NCBI RefSeq assembly: GCF_016433145.1
Contig: NC_058133.1
Coordinates: 484,435,659-484,499,658, forward strand
Length of the DNA: 64,000 bases
Direction: 5' to 3'
Source: Gracilinanus agilis
Lineage: Eukaryota
Part shown: piece by piece, positions 60,600 through 64,000 of the stretch
How the letters are laid out: the number at the start of each line of letters is the position of its first letter
Numbering within the stretch: position 1 is the stretch's first letter
Notes under the pieces: model-generated
Seen by the model: only the letters and a program-made list of their open reading frames with translations
Told to the model about the DNA's origin: nothing
Databases searched by the model: none
Position numbers and translations under genes: made by a program

Positions 60600-61760
60600 C
60601 AAATGAGGAATGGTTGAACAAGTTGGGATTTGTGGTGGTGATGGAATACTACTGTGCTCTAAGAAATGATGAGCAGGATGATTCCAGAAAAACTTGGGAA
60701 GATTTAAATAAACTAATGCAAAGTGAAGTGAGCAAAACCAGAACACCACTTGTGATAATTAGATTAAATCTACACTGCCCATCTTTAGATTTAATCACCA
60801 AAGGTGAGAGCACCTCCAATTCGTGACCCACGTGTGCTAGAGTGGGTGATGAATCAGTCAACTGACTGCCCCCTAGGCAGTCCTATGAGAATTGTCTGTT
60901 GTGATTAGACACGCAAAGTAGGAGGGAGGAACAGGAAGTGACGCATAAGTGACCCCTTTAAAAGGAGAAGGTCTTCTGCAGAAGGGGGGCTGCTGGTGAA
61001 GAGGGCAGCTGATGAAGGAGCTTTTCTAGTGTGTGGAGGAGTGCTGGCTGGAATGCTAAAACCTTGGTGAGCTTAAAGACTGACGGAATCTTCCTGAACT
61101 TCTCTTAAGAAACTTCTTTTAATAGACTCTGTGAATGAAGCTTTGCTCCTTTCACCTCCAGGCCTCTGGCCCTCTGACTCACCCGCCGAGGGTTAATTAG
61201 ATATACCTGGATTAATTAGAGGATCTTAATAATTTACCTACTGTGTTAGATTCTTATTTCCTTTCTCTCTTCTCAATTGTAAATAAACTTCCATAAAGTC
61301 AATTTTGACTTGAGGTTATTCCTAAATTGGAGAGATTTCCCCTGGTGACCACCTTTTAATATATTGAACCCCAAAACCCCTAATTTCCCCTTATACACTA
61401 TACATAGGAAGAGCAATATTGTAAGAGTTAGATAATTTGATCAAGCCCTTTCTGAAGGACTTATAATGAAAAAAAATGTTCTCCACCTCCAGAGGGAGAA
61501 CTGATGGAGTGTGAATGCTGGCTGAAACATAATTTTAAAACTCTTTATTTTTGCCTTTTTTTGTCTATGTTTTCTTTTGCAACAAGGCTAATATAAAAAT
61601 ATGTTTTGTATAACTTCACCTGTATAACTGATACCAAATTACTTCCTTCTCATAGTAGTGGGGAGAGACTGGAGATAATCTAGAACTCAATTTTTTTTTT
61701 AAATATCAAAGATTTTTTTACATGTAACTGGGAAATATTTAACAATAATAATATAGAGGG
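60600..61760 (+). mobile_element. L1 3' fragment interrupted by a solo LTR
   Basis: ATGAGGAATGGTTGAACAAGTT...ATGCAAAGTGAAGTGAGCAAAACCAGAA before the LTR; AGCAATATTGTAA...ACTGATGGAGTGTGAATGC after it. Confidence 0.8.
60751..61395 (+). mobile_element. Solo ERV LTR, 645 bp, 4-bp TSD CACT
   Basis: Begins TGT, ends CCCCTTATA (CA>TA); CACT at 60747-60750 and 61396-61399; 3' end resembles the LTR at 39075. Confidence 0.78.
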
Positions 61761-62296
61761 ATGGGTTTTTTTCTTCCCAATGTGTAGTTAGTAAAATTAT
61801 AAATGTCAATATTCAATTCTCATTTTTCAGTGTCCTGACACAAATCAACAGAAATGAATGAAGAATGATTCCTTCCCAGCCTTCTACAGGATGAAGAATA
61901 ATCAAAATGGCTGTGAATTTGGGTCCCCAAAAGAGGAAGAAATCAGAGGGATGAGCTCCTGGAGCTAAATGGGGAAAAGGGTAGTCTGAAGTAAGGTTGG
62001 GCTTTCAGTGGTCCAGGTGTCTCCCAAAAGGGCACTCCCCCAGGGAATGCAGCCTGGCCTCTCTGAGGCACAGAGAGGGACTTGCCCAGAAACACACAGC
62101 CAGGGTGTGTCAGAGATGGGACTCAAACCTGAGTCTCCCTGACTGGTAATTTGCCTTCTAGCACACTCTCTTCTCTCAAAAGAATGAATGGATGAATAAA
62201 TGTAAATATGCATACAAATATATCACTTCCGCATGGTTTCAAAATTTCACTAAAAGAAACGGATAAAGATAATTAGAAAATGGCCTTGCCGCTTAC

Positions 62297-62394
62297 CTCC
62301 TGGCTACGTCAAAGTTGCTTTTCACAAAGTCGTTAAAAGGCCTCATATACTCTTCTTTTGTGAAGAGGACGTGATTGGCAATACTCTGAAGTAT
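62297..62394 (-). CDS. NF1: NF1 exon, legacy 25 (98 bp): ILQSIANHVLFTKEEYMRPFNDFVKSNFDVAR
   Basis: RasGAP domain; canonical gtttag acceptor and GTAAGC donor; 98 bp as in human. Confidence 0.97.
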
Positions 62395-62931
62395 CTAAAC
62401 AAAAAAAGGTCACCAGATAATGCAGACCACAGCCAAACTGTGCATTTCCTTTTATAGAATGGAGACATTTTTCACTAAACTGATTTCTGTTTCATAGGCT
62501 CAGAGATTTGGACTGCTTTTTTCCAATTCATGAGGTGTACTAGATCTAGTGCCTGCTTTCTTTCCAGCAGGTGACTAGAGTGGAGAGCAGGGCATGTAGA
62601 GCCCGAGCATCTTTGGAGGCTAAATCCCCATCGGTACACCTACATCTTTGCTCACTAGACGAACCCTGAAACTACCAAGCTGAATGCATTTGGGTAGAAT
62701 GCACTGCTTAAGACAGGGTCTCACAATGGAGAGAAGGCTACTGAGGACTTTCACACATGATCAAATTGCAATAAACTGAAGCAAAACAACAGAGAACTAC
62801 ACAAGAAGTTTTCAATATTCAAAAGACAATCCTAGCCACAGAAACCTGTGAGATTGCTAGGGGGTTACGAAAGAGTTTTCCAGGGAACAGGGCAAAAATG
62901 AAGACAGTTGAGCATCAATGTAATTCATCAC

Positions 62932-63090
62932 CTTTGACATTAGCTTCAATCCCCTTTCAATTCTAGGGATCGGTTTTCTCTCTAAAATCCCTGCCTCGTA
63001 GGGAGACACAACGGCAGGGTTGATGAATCTCAGGAACATGGCACTCCCCACGGCGCCAATGCTGTTCTGAGGGAATCTCTGGCTAACAAC
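62932..63090 (-). CDS. NF1: NF1 exon, legacy 24 (159 bp): VVSQRFPQNSIGAVGSAMFLRFINPAVVSPYEAGILERKPIPRIERGLKLMSK
   Basis: Contains the RasGAP FLR motif and the LMSK lysine; ttttag acceptor and GTGATG donor; 159 bp as in human. Confidence 0.98.
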
Positions 63091-64000
63091 CTAAAACCAA
63101 AGAGGTTAGAGTGATTAGTGTATATGGCTTAAATTCAGGGAAGATGAAGGGGAAAGGGACCAGAAGGTTATGGGGAACTACAAATACTCAGGCTCTCATC
63201 CCGCCAGACCAGACATTTGGCTAAAGAGCTAAAAAGACACCCAGACACACGACAGGCTGTTAAAAGTCCTTTCTAGCAGGGCAGGAAGCAACATTCACTT
63301 TCAGTTCTTGACTTGCACAAATAAGATGCAAAAGAAAAGAAGTCACTGACATGAATTAAGCAGAAGAGTCCAGAAAAGAGATCTTAATTTCAAAGCCATC
63401 AAGCATACAATTCCATTGTGAATTTAATAAAGCCCTTCTAAGCTGGAGCAAATAGCTTCACATTTTATAAAGGAAATCAAAATGGAGAGACAACTTGTTT
63501 AATGCAGAGGCCAGGCTTGATTTCCTGCTTCTGGAATAAATCTTCACTAAGTTAAGATGGATTCTCTTTGGGCCAAGGACCTTTCTCTTCAACCTTTCCC
63601 TCAGGTTCTTTAGCAACTGGCTCATCTTAGATAAAATACACTGTGAGCTGAAAGTAAAAACATGTCTTACAAAGAACATCACTGTCAGGCTTTCTCTCTT
63701 CATCAGAATACTTTACAACAAGGGTATTTTTTTATTTAAACCATGGAGAAAGGGGCATTCTTGGGGACTTAAAGAAAAAAAGGGCCCCAAGAGCAAGAAA
63801 GAGAACATAAACAGTTACCTCATTTTAGAGTATTCTATATCATTTCAAAGTTGAATTTTTATCTTTCTTTCCTTTTTAAACTTTCTACTCTCAAAATGGA
63901 AAGCTGCTAGCTCAAGAATTCAAGACAGAAAAGGAAAAACGTTTTAAATGGCCTCTTCATGACACAAATATCTCTTGACAGGAAGTGCTTTAATAGATGA

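Noticed and set aside
63091-64000. NF1 alternative exon 23a, and exon 28 at the other end of the window
   Set aside because: Neither ATCHSLLNKATVKEKKENKKS nor FKTGQINGDLL coding sequence was found; both should lie outside the window.

Overview
Vertebrate intronic DNA, almost certainly from a marsupial. The SINE, MAR1, L1 and hAT repertoire looks opossum-like (didelphid); this is an inference from repeat sequences. It is the NF1 nested-gene locus. Five NF1 coding exons lie on the minus strand at 54.5-63.1 kb (legacy exons 24, 25, 26, 27a, 27b: end of the RasGAP domain into the Sec14 domain). They are followed by the giant intron 27b, which fills the rest of the window. Inside that intron, on the plus strand, are the three known embedded genes: EVI2A (CDS 3089-3778), EVI2B (14678-16120) and OMG (25390-26724). 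Each has one coding exon starting just after a splice acceptor. The main new observation is a candidate FOURTH embedded plus-strand gene (CDS 48278-48520, 80 aa). It has a signal peptide, four N-glycosylation sequons, a plausible GPI omega site and a hydrophobic tail, i.e. a CD24/CD52-like architecture. It also has the same two-exon layout: TATA 47128, donor 47240, acceptor 48269 with a 67-nt AG-free zone, strong Kozak context, AATAAA 48869, and a CpG-rich block upstream. This model is unconfirmed: no expression or homology search was possible. The remainder is repeats: many tRNA/CORE SINEs (several with perfect TSDs), L1/L2 fossils, two solo LTRs with 4-bp TSDs, three ~190-200 bp hAT MITEs and microsatellites.
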